Translations under genes and position numbers: made by a program
Shown here: positions 48,841 to 59,739 of the stretch, piece by piece
Layout: each line of letters begins with the position of its first letter
How positions within the stretch are numbered: the first letter of the stretch is position 1
Notes under the pieces: model-generated
Told to the model about the DNA's origin: nothing
Seen by the model: the letters and a program-made list of their open reading frames with translations, nothing else
The model's database searches: none
From: an uncultured Aestuariivirga sp.
Lineage (GTDB): Bacteria; Pseudomonadota; Alphaproteobacteria; Rhizobiales; Aestuariivirgaceae
Reading direction: 5' to 3'
Assembly: GCA_964474665.1 (NCBI GenBank)
Contig: CAYYTH010000002.1
Coordinates: 52,276 to 116,275 of the forward strand
Length of the DNA: 64,000 nucleotides

Positions 48841-50397
48841 ATGTCCATGCTCAGATCTGCGGCTACGGTTGGCAGCCTGACCCTCGTCAGCAGGGTGCTC
48901 GGCTTCATCCGCGACCAGCTGATTGCCTTTGCCTTGGGAACGAGCTTTGTGGCCGAAGCCTTTTTCGTGGCGCAGCGCTTTCCCAACCTCTTCCGTGCGC
49001 TGTTCGCAGAAGGCGCCTTCAACAATGCTTTCGTACCACTCTTCGCAAAGCGCGTGGAGGGTGAAGGCGAAGACAAGGCAAGGGACTTCGCCATCGAGGT
49101 CTTCTCCTTTCTTCTGGCATGGCTGATCTTTTTCTCGGCCGCAGCCATGATCGCCATGCCGCTGGTGATCTATGTGATCGCGCCTGGTTTCAAGGCAGAT
49201 GGCGACAAGTTCCAGCTTGCGGTGGACCTGACACGAATCTGCTTCCCATACCTTTTGTTCATGTCACTCACCGCGCTTCAATCGGGGGTGCTCAACAGTC
49301 TCAACCGTTTCACCGCCGCGGCGGCTGCCCCCATCCTGCTCAATGTGGTGATGATTGTCTCGAACGTCGTTGCCTGGTTCATGGCCACCGGCAACACACC
49401 AGAGACGGGCTATATCTTCGCCTGGGGACTCTTTGCCTCCGGTGTCGCGCAATATGCCCTGCTGGCTGTCGCCTGCCGCCGGGCCGGCATGCGCCTCGTG
49501 CCCCGCTGGCCGCGCCTGACACCCGACGTAAAGAAGGTGATCAAGCTGTCGATCCCCGGAATCATCTCCGGCGGTGTCATGCAGATCAATCTCGTCGTTG
49601 CCACCATGATTGCGACGACGCTGCCGGGGGCGGTGGCATTCCTGTACTATGCTGACAGGCTCTATCAACTGCCCTTAGGCGTTATCGGTGTCGCCATCGG
49701 CGTCGTTTTGCTTCCTGATCTTTCGCGCAAGTTGCGCGCAGGCAACGATGCCGGAGCATTGACGAGCCAGAACCGCGCCCTTGAGCTTTCGATGTTCCTG
49801 ACGCTTCCGGCCGCGGTTGCTCTGATGGCCATTCCTCATCCAATCATCCACACGGTGTTCGAGCACGGCGCCTTCACCCGCGCCGACACGTTTGCCGTCG
49901 CTCCCGCCTTGCTCGCGTTTGCCTCTGGTCTGGTGGCTTTCTCGTTGTCCAAGGTATTCCAACCAGGCTTCTACGCGCGTGAGGACACCCGCACGCCGAT
50001 GCGCTTCGCGGTAATCTCCGTCATTGTCAATGTGGTGGGCAGCGTGATCCTGTCTCACTACATGGGACATGTTGGAATTGCGCTCGCCACCTCGCTGGCG
50101 GCCTGGACCAACACGATCCTGCTGGGGGTCACGCTCTCCCGGCGGGGGCTGTTCACGCTGGACGAGAGGGCCCGAAAGCGCCTGCCGCGGATTGTCGCAT
50201 CTGCCCTTGTCATGGGCGGGCTGCTCTTGGCCGGGGCCTGGGCGCTCGAGGGCAATTATGCAGAGAATGCGGGCTTCCTGGCCGCTGCCTGGGGGCTTGC
50301 GGTTCTCGTCTCAGGCGGAATCGTTAGCTATTTCGTGCTGGCGCACCTGACGGGGGCCATGCGTCTCTCCGAGATCAAGTCGATGCTGAAACGCTAA
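48841..50397 (+). CDS. murJ: Lipid II flippase
   Basis: SRVLGFIRD, PNLFRALFAEGAF, YYADRLYQLPLGVIG, FYAREDTRTP. Confidence 0.96.
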   Translation: MSMLRSAATVGSLTLVSRVLGFIRDQLIAFALGTSFVAEAFFVAQRFPNLFRALFAEGAFNNAFVPLFAKRVEGEGEDKARDFAIEVFSFLLAWLIFFSAAAMIAMPLVIYVIAPGFKADGDKFQLAVDLTRICFPYLLFMSLTALQSGVLNSLNRFTAAAAAPILLNVVMIVSNVVAWFMATGNTPETGYIFAWGLFASGVAQYALLAVACRRAGMRLVPRWPRLTPDVKKVIKLSIPGIISGGVMQINLVVATMIATTLPGAVAFLYYADRLYQLPLGVIGVAIGVVLLPDLSRKLRAGNDAGALTSQNRALELSMFLTLPAAVALMAIPHPIIHTVFEHGAFTRADTFAVAPALLAFASGLVAFSLSKVFQPGFYAREDTRTPMRFAVISVIVNVVGSVILSHYMGHVGIALATSLAAWTNTILLGVTLSRRGLFTLDERARKRLPRIVASALVMGGLLLAGAWALEGNYAENAGFLAAAWGLAVLVSGGIVSYFVLAHLTGAMRLSEIKSMLKR

Positions 50398-50421
50398 GGG
50401 TTTGCCGCTAGAGTTGCCGCT

Positions 50422-51189
50422 ATGACAGACAAGAACAACGAACAGGACGTCGCCTTCGGATTCCGACGGGTGGGCGAGGGCGAGAAGCAGGGCCTCGTGA
50501 ACGAGGTGTTCTCCAAGGTCGCCGAACGCTATGATCAGATGAACGACCTCATGTCCGGCGGCCTGCACCGGCTGTGGAAGGACGACTTCGTCGCCATGCT
50601 GAACCCGCCCCGCGGGCAGGCGCCCTTCAACCACCTCGACGTCGCAGGGGGCACCGGCGACATCGCCTTTCGCATCCTGCGTGCGGGCGGTCCCAACGTG
50701 CGCGTGACAGTCGCTGACATCTCGCCTGAGATGGTTGGCGAAGGCCGCAAACGCGCCGAGATCGAAGGGTTGCTAGGTCGCTGCAGTTTCACGGTGGGTA
50801 ACGCTGAAGCCCTGGCATTCCCGGACAAGACCTTCGACGGCTATACCATTGCCTTCGGCATCCGCAACGTGACGCACATCGACAAAGCCTTGACTGAAGC
50901 CTACCGCGTGCTGAAGCCCGGTGGCCGTTTCCTGTGTCTCGAGTTCAGCCAGGTCGACGTGCCTCTGATGGACAGGATTTACGACGCCTATTCCTTCACC
51001 GTCGTACCCGCGATCGGCAAAGTGGTGACGGGCGACGGCCATCCCTACCGCTATCTCGTGGAGTCGATCCGAACCTTCCCGAAGCAGGACGACTTCAAAG
51101 CGATGATCGAGGACGCTGGCTTCGCCAACGTCACTTACCGCAATCTCACGGGCGGCGTCGTGGCGATCCATTCGGGTTGGCGCATCTGA
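50422..51189 (+). CDS. ubiE: Ubiquinone/menaquinone C-methyltransferase
   Basis: [37 protein letters not shown]. Confidence 0.97.
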   Translation: MTDKNNEQDVAFGFRRVGEGEKQGLVNEVFSKVAERYDQMNDLMSGGLHRLWKDDFVAMLNPPRGQAPFNHLDVAGGTGDIAFRILRAGGPNVRVTVADISPEMVGEGRKRAEIEGLLGRCSFTVGNAEALAFPDKTFDGYTIAFGIRNVTHIDKALTEAYRVLKPGGRFLCLEFSQVDVPLMDRIYDAYSFTVVPAIGKVVTGDGHPYRYLVESIRTFPKQDDFKAMIEDAGFANVTYRNLTGGVVAIHSGWRI

Positions 51190-52751
51190 TGTTCTCCGAG
51201 ATCCGGTATAGCCTTGCCCTGATGCGCGCCGGCCGCACGCTGGCAGCTTATGATGCGCTGATGACACCGGAGCAGATCCGGCAGCTGCCATGGGCCGCTC
51301 GACTCGGCCTCTCGATTGCCAAGTTCGGCACGCGCAAGCCCGAGAAGAGCGGCGATATGGCGGTTGCCGCAGCGCTCTCTTCGCTGGGCCCCAGCTACAT
51401 CAAGCTTGGCCAGTTCCTCGCAACGAGGCCGGATCTCGTGGGGCCGCGTCGCGCTTTTGAACTGAAGTCCCTTCAGGATCGGCTTCCGCCCTTCCCGATT
51501 GAGACGGCGAAGGACATCGTTCGCGAGAACCTTGGTGCCCCAGTGGAGGTTCTGTTCACCGAATTCGGTCCGCCCGTCGCCGCCGCATCGATCGCTCAGG
51601 TGCACAAGGCACGCCATCCTGATGGCCGTGAGATGGCGGTGAAAGTGTTGCGCCCAGGGGTCGGCAAGCGTTTTGCCGCCGATCTCGGGAGCTTCTATTT
51701 CGCTGCGCGCCTGATGGAGCGCTTCAGCGCAGAGGGTCGTCGGTTGAGACCGGTGGCCGCGGTGAACATGCTTGAGCAGTCGATGAAGCAGGAGCTCGAT
51801 CTGCGCATGGAGGCTGCTGCGCTGTCGGAGATGGCGCAGAATACCAAGGATGACCCCGGCTTCCGAGTGCCCAAAGTCGACTGGGAGCGTACCGGTCGCG
51901 ATGTTCTGACCACTGAGTGGATCGACGGCACACCTATCGCCGATATCGACTCACTGCGCGCGCAGGGCTTCGACCTCGTGAAACTTGGCGACACCGTCAT
52001 CCAGAGCTTCCTGCGTCATGCCATCCGGGATGGCTTCTTCCATGCTGACATGCATCAGGGAAACCTGTTCGTCGACCGCTCCGGCAATCTCGTCGCCGTC
52101 GATTTCGGCATCGTCGGCAGGCTTGGGCCGAAGGAAAGCATGTTCCTCGCGGAGATCCTCTACGGCTTCATCACCCGTAACTATCTCCGCGTCAGCGAGG
52201 TCCATTTCGAGGCGGGCTACGTCCCCCGTCACCATGACCCCGCCGTCTTTGCCCAGGCCATCCGCTCGATCGGTGAGCCGATCATGGATCGCCCGGCAAA
52301 CCAGATATCGATGGCCAAGCTCCTCACCCAGCTGTTCGAGATCACCGCCCAGTTCGACATGCAGACCCAGCCGCAGCTCTTGCTTCTGCAAAAGACCATG
52401 GTGGTGGTCGAGGGTGTGGCGCGGACGCTGAACCCGGACCTCAACATGTGGGTGACGGCGGAGCCAGTGGTGAGCGGCTGGATCAAGCGCCAGCTCGGAC
52501 CCGCCGGCAGGCTCGAAGAAGCGGCAGGCTCTTTGAATCAGCTTTTTACTGGCCTCCCCGCCATGCTCGAGGATGCAAAGCGAGCGACAACCATGCTCTC
52601 GGACATGGCTGCGACCGGCGGTCTCAGGCTCGACCGGGAGACGACGGAACAGCTTGCCCTGTCGCAGTCACGCCACGCCCGCTGGACCCGGCTCTGGCTG
52701 GCTTTGGGAGCCATTTCGCTTGCAGTCATCGCCATTAAGCTCATCGCCTGA
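51189..52751 (+). CDS. ubiB: Ubiquinone biosynthesis atypical kinase
   Basis: YIKLGQFLATRPD, AASIAQVHKA, AVKVLRP, GFFHADMHQGN, VDFGI. Confidence 0.95.
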   Translation: MFSEIRYSLALMRAGRTLAAYDALMTPEQIRQLPWAARLGLSIAKFGTRKPEKSGDMAVAAALSSLGPSYIKLGQFLATRPDLVGPRRAFELKSLQDRLPPFPIETAKDIVRENLGAPVEVLFTEFGPPVAAASIAQVHKARHPDGREMAVKVLRPGVGKRFAADLGSFYFAARLMERFSAEGRRLRPVAAVNMLEQSMKQELDLRMEAAALSEMAQNTKDDPGFRVPKVDWERTGRDVLTTEWIDGTPIADIDSLRAQGFDLVKLGDTVIQSFLRHAIRDGFFHADMHQGNLFVDRSGNLVAVDFGIVGRLGPKESMFLAEILYGFITRNYLRVSEVHFEAGYVPRHHDPAVFAQAIRSIGEPIMDRPANQISMAKLLTQLFEITAQFDMQTQPQLLLLQKTMVVVEGVARTLNPDLNMWVTAEPVVSGWIKRQLGPAGRLEEAAGSLNQLFTGLPAMLEDAKRATTMLSDMAATGGLRLDRETTEQLALSQSRHARWTRLWLALGAISLAVIAIKLIA

Positions 52752-52793
52752 GGGCGGTTGGCAGGCTCCAGCCTTTGCTGCCATAATGCTCCC

Positions 52794-54017
52794 ATGACAT
52801 CGCTCGCAGGAAAATCAGTCCTCCTCATCGTGGGTGGCGGCATTGCCGCCTACAAGGCGCATGAACTCGTTCGCCTGCTGAAGACCCGGGGCGCCGGGGT
52901 GCGCATCATCTTGACGAAGGCCGCCGAGCAGTTCGTGACGCCCCTGTCGCTCGCAGCACTTTCCGGTGAAAAGGTCTATACCTCGCTCTTCAGCCTTACT
53001 GACGAAGTCGAGATGGGGCACATCCAGCTGTCACGCTCGACGGATCTCCTTGTGGTGGCGCCGGCAACGGCTGATCTCATGGCCAAGATGGCAAATGGCC
53101 TTGCCGACGACTTGGCATCAACGGCGCTGCTCGCCACCGACAAAGCCATACTCATCGCGCCTGCCATGAACGTCCGCATGTGGCGGCATCCGGCGACGGC
53201 GCGCAACGTGGAAACGCTGAAGCGCGATGGTGTGACGCTGATCGGCCCCAATGAAGGCGAAATGGCGTGCGGAGAGTTCGGCCCTGGGCGCATGGCAGAA
53301 CCCAACGAGATCCTGTCGTCCATCGTCAGCATGCTCACGCCCAAGGCGACACCGCTAGCCGGAAAGAAGGTCGTGATCACGGCCGGCCCGACGCGCGAGC
53401 CAATCGACCCCGTGCGCTTCATCTCAAATCATTCGTCAGGCAAGCAGGGCTATGCCCTCGCCAAGGCAGCCGTCGCACTTGGGGCGGAAACGGTTCTGGT
53501 CTCGGGGCCGGTTTCGCTGACGATCCCACCGGGTGTTAAGATGATGCCTGTCGAAACTGCGCAACAGATGTTGGAGATATGCGAAGGCGAGATGCCAGCC
53601 GATATCGCCATTTTCACAGCGGCCGTCGCTGACTGGCGTGTCGCGAAGGAGGCGCCGGAAAAACTGAAGAAGACGGGCAGCGGACCGCCCAGTCTGACGC
53701 TGACAGAGAATCCCGACATTCTCGCGACGATCTCCCGCAGCGAGAAGCGCCCGACTCTCGTTGTTGGCTTCGCCGCCGAGACCGAGCATGTGACAGAGCA
53801 CGCTACGCGAAAGCTGAAAAACAAGGGCTGCGACCTCATCGTTGCAAATGACGTCAGTCGGGAGTCGGGGGTATTCGGCGGCGACCGCAACACGGTTCAC
53901 CTGGTCTCAGAAATGGGTGTCGAGAATTGGCCAGAGATGAGCAAGGATGACGTGGCCGAAAGGCTGATGGAAAGGCTCGCCCAGATGTTGGTGCCGGGCC
54001 AGAGGGCCGCAAGATGA
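52794..54017 (+). CDS. coaBC: Bifunctional phosphopantothenoylcysteine decarboxylase/synthase
   Basis: [51 protein letters not shown]. Confidence 0.97.
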   Translation: MTSLAGKSVLLIVGGGIAAYKAHELVRLLKTRGAGVRIILTKAAEQFVTPLSLAALSGEKVYTSLFSLTDEVEMGHIQLSRSTDLLVVAPATADLMAKMANGLADDLASTALLATDKAILIAPAMNVRMWRHPATARNVETLKRDGVTLIGPNEGEMACGEFGPGRMAEPNEILSSIVSMLTPKATPLAGKKVVITAGPTREPIDPVRFISNHSSGKQGYALAKAAVALGAETVLVSGPVSLTIPPGVKMMPVETAQQMLEICEGEMPADIAIFTAAVADWRVAKEAPEKLKKTGSGPPSLTLTENPDILATISRSEKRPTLVVGFAAETEHVTEHATRKLKNKGCDLIVANDVSRESGVFGGDRNTVHLVSEMGVENWPEMSKDDVAERLMERLAQMLVPGQRAAR

Positions 54018-54454
54018 CCAGCGTTGCCGTCAAGCGCCTGCCGAACAACGACGACCTACCGCTTCCCACCTATGAAACAGCGGGAGCTGCAGGCATGGAC
54101 CTCCGCGCCGCCGAGCCCGTGACATTGGAGCCAGGCGCCCGCCATCTGGTTTCCACGGGCCTTTCGATCGCTTTGCCGGAAGGCTTCGAGGCACAGGTCC
54201 GGCCGCGTTCCGGCCTCGCGGTGAAGCATGGCGTGACGGTGCTCAACGCCCCAGGCACCATCGACTGCGACTATCGCGGCGAAATCAAAGTGCCGCTCAT
54301 CAACCATGGACAGGACACGTTCATCATCGCCCGGGGCGACCGCATCGCACAGATGGTGATCGCCCCCGTCACGCGTATCAACTGGGCGGAAGTCGAAACG
54401 CTCGACGAAACAGCGCGTGGCGCCGGGGGTTTCGGATCCTCGGGTCGCCGCTGA
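54014..54454 (+). CDS. dut: dUTP diphosphatase
   Basis: [36 protein letters not shown]. Confidence 0.97.
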   Translation: MTSVAVKRLPNNDDLPLPTYETAGAAGMDLRAAEPVTLEPGARHLVSTGLSIALPEGFEAQVRPRSGLAVKHGVTVLNAPGTIDCDYRGEIKVPLINHGQDTFIIARGDRIAQMVIAPVTRINWAEVETLDETARGAGGFGSSGRR

Positions 54455-55269
54455 TGGCACTGTCGCCTGATGAGATCGAACGCTACGCACGGCATCTGGT
54501 GCTGCATGAGGTCGGTGGCCCCGGCCAGAACAGGCTGAAGCTGGCGAAGGTTCTCGTGGTTGGCGCGGGTGGCCTCGGGGCACCGCTTCTGTATTACCTT
54601 GCCGCCGCCGGAGTCGGCACCATCGGCATCATCGACCACGATACGGTGAGCCTGTCCAACCTTCAGCGCCAGATCATCCACACGACGGCACGCGTGGGAA
54701 TGGCCAAGACGGCGAGCGCGCGCGAAACCATCCAGGATCTAAACCCGCATGTGCAGGTCATCGAGCATGCCTTTCGCATCAATGCCGGAAATGCCCTCGA
54801 CCTCATCGCAGCCTATGACATCGTCGCCGACGGCTGCGATAATTTCCCGACACGATACCTCGTCAGCGATGCATGCTACTTCGCAAGGAAAACACTGGTG
54901 ACGGCGGCCGTCGGGCAGTTCGACGGCCAATTGTCAACTTTCAAGCCGCACGAGCTTTCACCGGATGGCACACCATGGCCAAGCTATCGTTGCCTCATGG
55001 GTGATCTGCCGCAGCGCGGTCTTTTTCCGGCCTGCGAAGAGGCCGGCATTCTGGGAGCTCTTCCCGGCATCCTTGGATCGATGCAAGCCATGGAAGTCAT
55101 CAAGGAGATCCTCGGCATCGGCGACAGCCTCGCCGGGCGCTTGCTGATGTATGATGCACTGGCAACGCGCTTCTATGAAACGAGGCTGACGTGGAATCCC
55201 GATAACCCACTGACAGGCCGCTCCCCGCGCATCACATCGCTCGATCAATCGAATTACGTCGATCGCTAG
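54454..55269 (+). CDS. moeB: MoeB/ThiF family adenylyltransferase
   Basis: RYARHL, VGAGGLG, DHDTVSLSNLQRQ, DGCDNFPTRY. Confidence 0.88.
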   Translation: MALSPDEIERYARHLVLHEVGGPGQNRLKLAKVLVVGAGGLGAPLLYYLAAAGVGTIGIIDHDTVSLSNLQRQIIHTTARVGMAKTASARETIQDLNPHVQVIEHAFRINAGNALDLIAAYDIVADGCDNFPTRYLVSDACYFARKTLVTAAVGQFDGQLSTFKPHELSPDGTPWPSYRCLMGDLPQRGLFPACEEAGILGALPGILGSMQAMEVIKEILGIGDSLAGRLLMYDALATRFYETRLTWNPDNPLTGRSPRITSLDQSNYVDR

Positions 55270-55625
55270 GCCGTATCCGACTTCTGACGCGCGAGCTGAC
55301 CATAGGCATCAAGCGCATGTGCGGCATACATGACGGACGGCCCTGCGCCCATGTAGACAGCCATCCCAAGCGTCTCGAGGATCTCCTCGCGCGTGGCGCC
55401 CTGCAAGGCAGCAGCCTTGGTGTGGAAGGCTATGCAATCATCGCACCGCGTGGCGACGCCGATAGCCAGCGCGATCAGCTCCTTGGTCTTGGTATCCAGC
55501 GCATTGGCCTTGAGAGCAGCCTGTGCAATGGCCGAGAAACCCTTCATCACGTCGGGCGCGCCTTCGCGCAACTCCCGCAACGGTGACGACAGGTCAGCAA
55601 TGAGGTTTTTCCAGTCCTTGGTCAT
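55266..55625 (-). CDS. Carboxymuconolactone decarboxylase / AhpD-like protein
   Basis: LDTKTKELIALAIGVATRCDDCIAFH. Confidence 0.88.
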   Translation of the reverse strand: MTKDWKNLIADLSSPLRELREGAPDVMKGFSAIAQAALKANALDTKTKELIALAIGVATRCDDCIAFHTKAAALQGATREEILETLGMAVYMGAGPSVMYAAHALDAYGQLARQKSDTA

Positions 55626-55696
55626 GAAACACTCCCTCTCATGGAGCGTTCTTGCTGCGGACAGATTCAGCCTGCCTTGACCTCGCTCAAACCGGG

Positions 55697-56488
55697 CTAG
55701 AGGTCTTCGGGCCGCGGCATCGAGATGATGTTGTAGCCCGAATCGACATAATGGATTTCACCCGTGACGCCTCCGGACAGCGGCGACAGCAGGTAGAGGC
55801 CAGCGCCACCAACCTCGTCAAGCGTGATCGTGCGACGAAGCGGCGCGTGATCCTGCTGATAGCTGAACATGGCCCGCGCATCGCCGATACCCGCACCTGC
55901 CAGGGTGCGCATCGGTCCGGCCGAGATGGCGTTCACGCGAATGCCCTGCGGCCCATAGTCAGCGGCGAGATATCGGACAGAGGACTCAAGCGCGGCCTTT
56001 GCCACACCCATGACGTTGTAATTTGGCATGACACGCACCGAGCCACCATATGTGAGCGTCACCAGCGAGCCGCCATTCGGCATGAGGGCAGCCGCCCGCT
56101 TCGCGATCTCCGTAAAGGAGAAGCACGAAATCACCATGGTGCGGATGAAGTTCTCGCGCGTCGTATCGGCGTACTTACCCTTGAGCTCGTTCTTGTCCGA
56201 GAAGGCAATGGCATGGACCACGAAGTCGATGGTATCCCATGTCTTCTTGAGTTCATCGAATACCGCGTCGACCGTACCCATGTCCTCCACATCGCATGGC
56301 AGCAGCATCGAGGAGCCGACAGACTCGGCCAGCGGCTTGACGCGCTTTCCGAAAGCCTCACCCTGATAGGTGAAGGCGAGCTCCGCGCCGTGCTTGTGAA
56401 GCTGCTGGGCGATGCCCCAGGCAATCGAATGGTCGTTCGCGACACCCATGATGAGTCCGCGGCGGCCCGCCATCAGAGAATTTGTCAT
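55697..56488 (-). CDS. fabI: Enoyl-ACP reductase
   Basis: GLIMGVANDHSIAWGIA, HAIAFS, YNVMGVAKAALE, NAISAGPMRTLA. Confidence 0.96.
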   Translation of the reverse strand: MTNSLMAGRRGLIMGVANDHSIAWGIAQQLHKHGAELAFTYQGEAFGKRVKPLAESVGSSMLLPCDVEDMGTVDAVFDELKKTWDTIDFVVHAIAFSDKNELKGKYADTTRENFIRTMVISCFSFTEIAKRAAALMPNGGSLVTLTYGGSVRVMPNYNVMGVAKAALESSVRYLAADYGPQGIRVNAISAGPMRTLAGAGIGDARAMFSYQQDHAPLRRTITLDEVGGAGLYLLSPLSGGVTGEIHYVDSGYNIISMPRPEDL

Positions 56489-56495
56489 GTGAAGA

Positions 56496-57707
56496 TCAGC
56501 CGTTATAGCGCTGGAAGACGAGGGTTGCATTGGTGCCGCCGAAGCCGAAGCTGTTCGACATCACCGTATCGATCCGGGCATTGTCGATGCGCTTGCGGAT
56601 GATCGGCACATCGGAAAATTCGGGATCGAGTTCCTCGATGTGAGCGCTTTCGCAGAGGAAGTTGTTCTTCATCATGAGGATCGAATAGATCGCTTCCTGC
56701 ACGCCGACCGCGCCCAGCGAATGGCCCGTCAGCGACTTGGTGCTGGAGATCGGAGGCATCTTGTCGCCGAAGACAGCGCGGATCGCCTCGATCTCCTTCT
56801 TGTCACCGATCGGCGTCGAAGTGCCATGCGGATTGATATAGTCGATGCTGCCAGCATTGCCGAGCGCCTGCTTCATGCAGCGGATGGCGCCCTCACCCGA
56901 GGGCTGAACCATGTCATAGCCATCAGACGTCGCGCCGTAACCGATGAGTTCAGCATAGATCTTGGCGCCGCGCGCCTTGGCGTGCTCGAGTTCCTCGAGC
57001 ACGACGGTGCCGGCTCCACCGGCGATGACGAAGCCGTCACGATTCTTGTCATAGGCGCGTGAAGCGGTGGCGGGTGTGTCATTGTACTTCGACGACATGG
57101 CGCCCATGGCATCGAACAGCACGGAGAGCGTCCAGTCGAGCTCTTCCCCACCGCCGGCGAACATCACGTCCTGCTTGCCCCACTGGATCATCTCAGCTGC
57201 ATTGCCGATGCAGTGAGCGGAGGTGGCGCAGGCCGAGGAGATCGAATAATTCACGCCGCGGATGCCGAAGGGTGTGGCCAGCGTTGCCGAATTGGTACTC
57301 GACATGGCGGCTGGCACGGCGAAGGGACCCACGCGCTTCGGGCCTTTTTCGCGGGTCGTGTCGGCCGCCTGCACGATGGTGCGGGTCGACGGGCCACCCG
57401 AACCCATGATGATGCCGGTACGGTCATTCTTGACGTCGGACTCTTCAAGACCAGAATCGACGATCGCCTGCTGCATGGCGGCATAGTTCCATGCAGCACC
57501 ATCGCCCATGAAGCGGCGCACGCGGCGGTCAACACTCTCGAGGTCGAAGGTGGGGGCGCCATGCACCTGGCAGCGGAAGCCGAGCTTTTCGTATTGATCA
57601 GCCTTCACGATGCCGGATTTGGCCTCGAACAGCGAGTTCAGGACTTCCTGTACATTGTTGCCGATGCTCGACACGATGCCGAGGCCGGTGACGACGACAC
57701 GCCGCAT
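56496..57707 (-). CDS. fabB: Beta-ketoacyl-ACP synthase I
   Basis: [33 protein letters not shown]. Confidence 0.96.
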   Translation of the reverse strand: MRRVVVTGLGIVSSIGNNVQEVLNSLFEAKSGIVKADQYEKLGFRCQVHGAPTFDLESVDRRVRRFMGDGAAWNYAAMQQAIVDSGLEESDVKNDRTGIIMGSGGPSTRTIVQAADTTREKGPKRVGPFAVPAAMSSTNSATLATPFGIRGVNYSISSACATSAHCIGNAAEMIQWGKQDVMFAGGGEELDWTLSVLFDAMGAMSSKYNDTPATASRAYDKNRDGFVIAGGAGTVVLEELEHAKARGAKIYAELIGYGATSDGYDMVQPSGEGAIRCMKQALGNAGSIDYINPHGTSTPIGDKKEIEAIRAVFGDKMPPISSTKSLTGHSLGAVGVQEAIYSILMMKNNFLCESAHIEELDPEFSDVPIIRKRIDNARIDTVMSNSFGFGGTNATLVFQRYNG

Positions 57708-57721
57708 GTTGATTTCCTTTC

Positions 57722-58234
57722 TCAGGCCGTGGGCTGGAAGAGCCCGACCTTCATATCGGTAACCTGATAGACCGTTTCACCATCGGCCTTCATGATCCCG
57801 TTCGAGACTGCCATCTTGAGCTTGCGCAGGATGAGGCGGGTAACCTCGACCTCATAGGTCACCTTCTTGACAAGGGGAGTGACCATGCCCGAGAGCTTCA
57901 CCTCGCCCACGCCCAGCGCCCGGCCACGGCCGGGCTCGCCCAGCCAGCCGAGGAAGAACCCGGTCATCTGCCAGAGGGCATCGAGACCGAGGCAGCCCGG
58001 CATCACCGGGTCGCCCTGGAAATGGCAGCCGAAGAACCAGAGGTCGGGCCTGATGTCGAATTCGGCCACAACCTTGCCGAGCCCCGCGGCTCCGCCGTCC
58101 CGGGAAATCTCCGTGATCCGGTCGAACATCAGCATCGGGGGCAGAGGCAGCTGGGCATTCCCGGGCCCGAAGAGTTCCCCACGCCCGCAGGTCAGGAGGT
58201 CCTCGTAAGTGTAGCTCGACTTCGGTTCGTTCAT
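57722..58234 (-). CDS. fabA: 3-hydroxyacyl-ACP dehydratase/isomerase
   Basis: [34 protein letters not shown]. Confidence 0.96.
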   Translation of the reverse strand: MNEPKSSYTYEDLLTCGRGELFGPGNAQLPLPPMLMFDRITEISRDGGAAGLGKVVAEFDIRPDLWFFGCHFQGDPVMPGCLGLDALWQMTGFFLGWLGEPGRGRALGVGEVKLSGMVTPLVKKVTYEVEVTRLILRKLKMAVSNGIMKADGETVYQVTDMKVGLFQPTA

Positions 58235-58388
58235 TCTGCCTCTGGTCCCAAACTTCACCGGCCCGCACCGGACCTGCCGTTCCTATCACATGGAAATATC
58301 TGGTCCAAGCCCGGTTTCAGGCCGGGTCTGCCGCCCAATTGGCGTCAAGATTGCCTTGCCTAAGGTGTTTCCGTATAAGGATCGTGAC

Positions 58389-58805
58389 ATGGATCTGCAG
58401 GACACCGAACTGGCTGAACGCCTGAGGCTGGCGGGGCTACGCCCCACCCGGCAGCGCTTGTCGCTTGCTGCGATCCTGTTCGGGGCAGGTGACCGCCACG
58501 TGAGTGCCGAAGGACTGCACCAGGAGGCACTTGCCGCCCGTATCAACGTGTCGCTTGCCACCGTCTACAATACCCTGAACCAGTTCAAGGCAGCAGGGCT
58601 GCTGCGCGAGGTGGCCTTCGAGGGTGACCGCACCTTCTTCGACACCAATACGTCGAATCACTTCCACTACTACATCGCGGAAACCGACTCCCTCGTCGAC
58701 ATCGGCACCGAAGACCTTCGGGTGATGGGGCTTCCCCCGCTGCCAGCAGGTACGGAGATTGACCGGGTCGACATCATCATCCGCCTTCGCAAGGCTGGCC
58801 GCTAA
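58389..58805 (+). CDS. irr: Iron response regulator (Fur family)
   Basis: GLRPTRQR, HVSAE, SLATVYNTL, FFDTNTSNHFHYY (HxH), IDRVDIIIRL; divergent from fabA as in rhizobia. Confidence 0.88.
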   Translation: MDLQDTELAERLRLAGLRPTRQRLSLAAILFGAGDRHVSAEGLHQEALAARINVSLATVYNTLNQFKAAGLLREVAFEGDRTFFDTNTSNHFHYYIAETDSLVDIGTEDLRVMGLPPLPAGTEIDRVDIIIRLRKAGR

Positions 58806-58812
58806 AGAAACT

Positions 58813-59691
58813 TCAGGCCGCCGGGCCGCTGCTGGCGACAAGACCTGCCTCCCAGCCGAGAATAGCCTGCTTGCGCGTCAACCCCCAGTGGTAGCCGCAA
58901 AGCCCTCCCGACTTGCCGAGCACGCGATGGCAAGGCACCACAAAGGAAATGGGGTTCCGCCCCACAGCCGTGCCCACCGCCCGGGATGCCTTTGGGTTGC
59001 CGATGTGGCCGGCGATATCGGAATAGGTCGTGGCGCGTCCCATGGGGATCTTCAACAGCGTCTGCCAGACCCGGGTTTCGAATTCGGTCCCAATGAAGAC
59101 AATGCGAAGCGGCTGGTCCGCCACCCAGCGACCAGGGCTGAAGATACGGGCCACCGGACCCGCCGTCGCCGGTTCATCCTCCACATAGTGTGCTTCAGGC
59201 CAGCGGCTGCGCATGTCGCGAAAGCTCGCTTCCTCCTGACCTTTGTCCGCAAAGGCAAGACCGCATATGCCCTGGTCCGTCACCATCAGCAGTACCTTGC
59301 CGAAGGGACAGTCATGGAACCCGTAGCGGATGATGAGGCCCTTTCCGCGGGCCTTGTAGGCGCCGGGCGTCATGCCCTCATGGGTCACGAAAAGATCATG
59401 CAGCCGCCCTGGCCCGGAAAGCCCCACCTCGTAGCTGGTGTCGAGAACGCTCGCCGAATCCCGCAACAGCTTGCGGGCGTGGTCGATGGTGAGGGCCTGC
59501 ACGAATGCCTTGGGGCTCAAGCCCGCCCAGCGCATGAACAGGCGCTGCAGATGGGCAGCGCTCATGCCATTGCGATCGGCCAGTTGGTCGAGGGAAGGCT
59601 GGTCACGCCAGTGTTCGCGGAGATAGTCAAGGTTTCGCCGGACCAGCTCATAGTCCCGGGCAGCTTCGGTCAGGGTGATAGGGTTTTCCAT
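58813..59691 (-). CDS. ada: AraC-HTH + methylated-DNA-protein-cysteine methyltransferase (Ada-like)
   Basis: HLQRLFMRWAGLSPK, GTEFETRVW, ASRAVGTA, VVPCHRV. Confidence 0.9.
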   Translation of the reverse strand: MENPITLTEAARDYELVRRNLDYLREHWRDQPSLDQLADRNGMSAAHLQRLFMRWAGLSPKAFVQALTIDHARKLLRDSASVLDTSYEVGLSGPGRLHDLFVTHEGMTPGAYKARGKGLIIRYGFHDCPFGKVLLMVTDQGICGLAFADKGQEEASFRDMRSRWPEAHYVEDEPATAGPVARIFSPGRWVADQPLRIVFIGTEFETRVWQTLLKIPMGRATTYSDIAGHIGNPKASRAVGTAVGRNPISFVVPCHRVLGKSGGLCGYHWGLTRKQAILGWEAGLVASSGPAA

Positions 59692-59739
59692 GATTCCGAA
59701 GCTAGCCTCCGGAGAAAGCCTTTCCCACCCGAAAGCTGA

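Noticed and set aside
54454-55269. MoeB lacking the complete C-terminal zinc-binding Cys pairs (SYRCL; no final CxxC)
   Set aside because: As I recall this variant is common in alphaproteobacterial MoeB; the frame is intact, so it is not a pseudogene.
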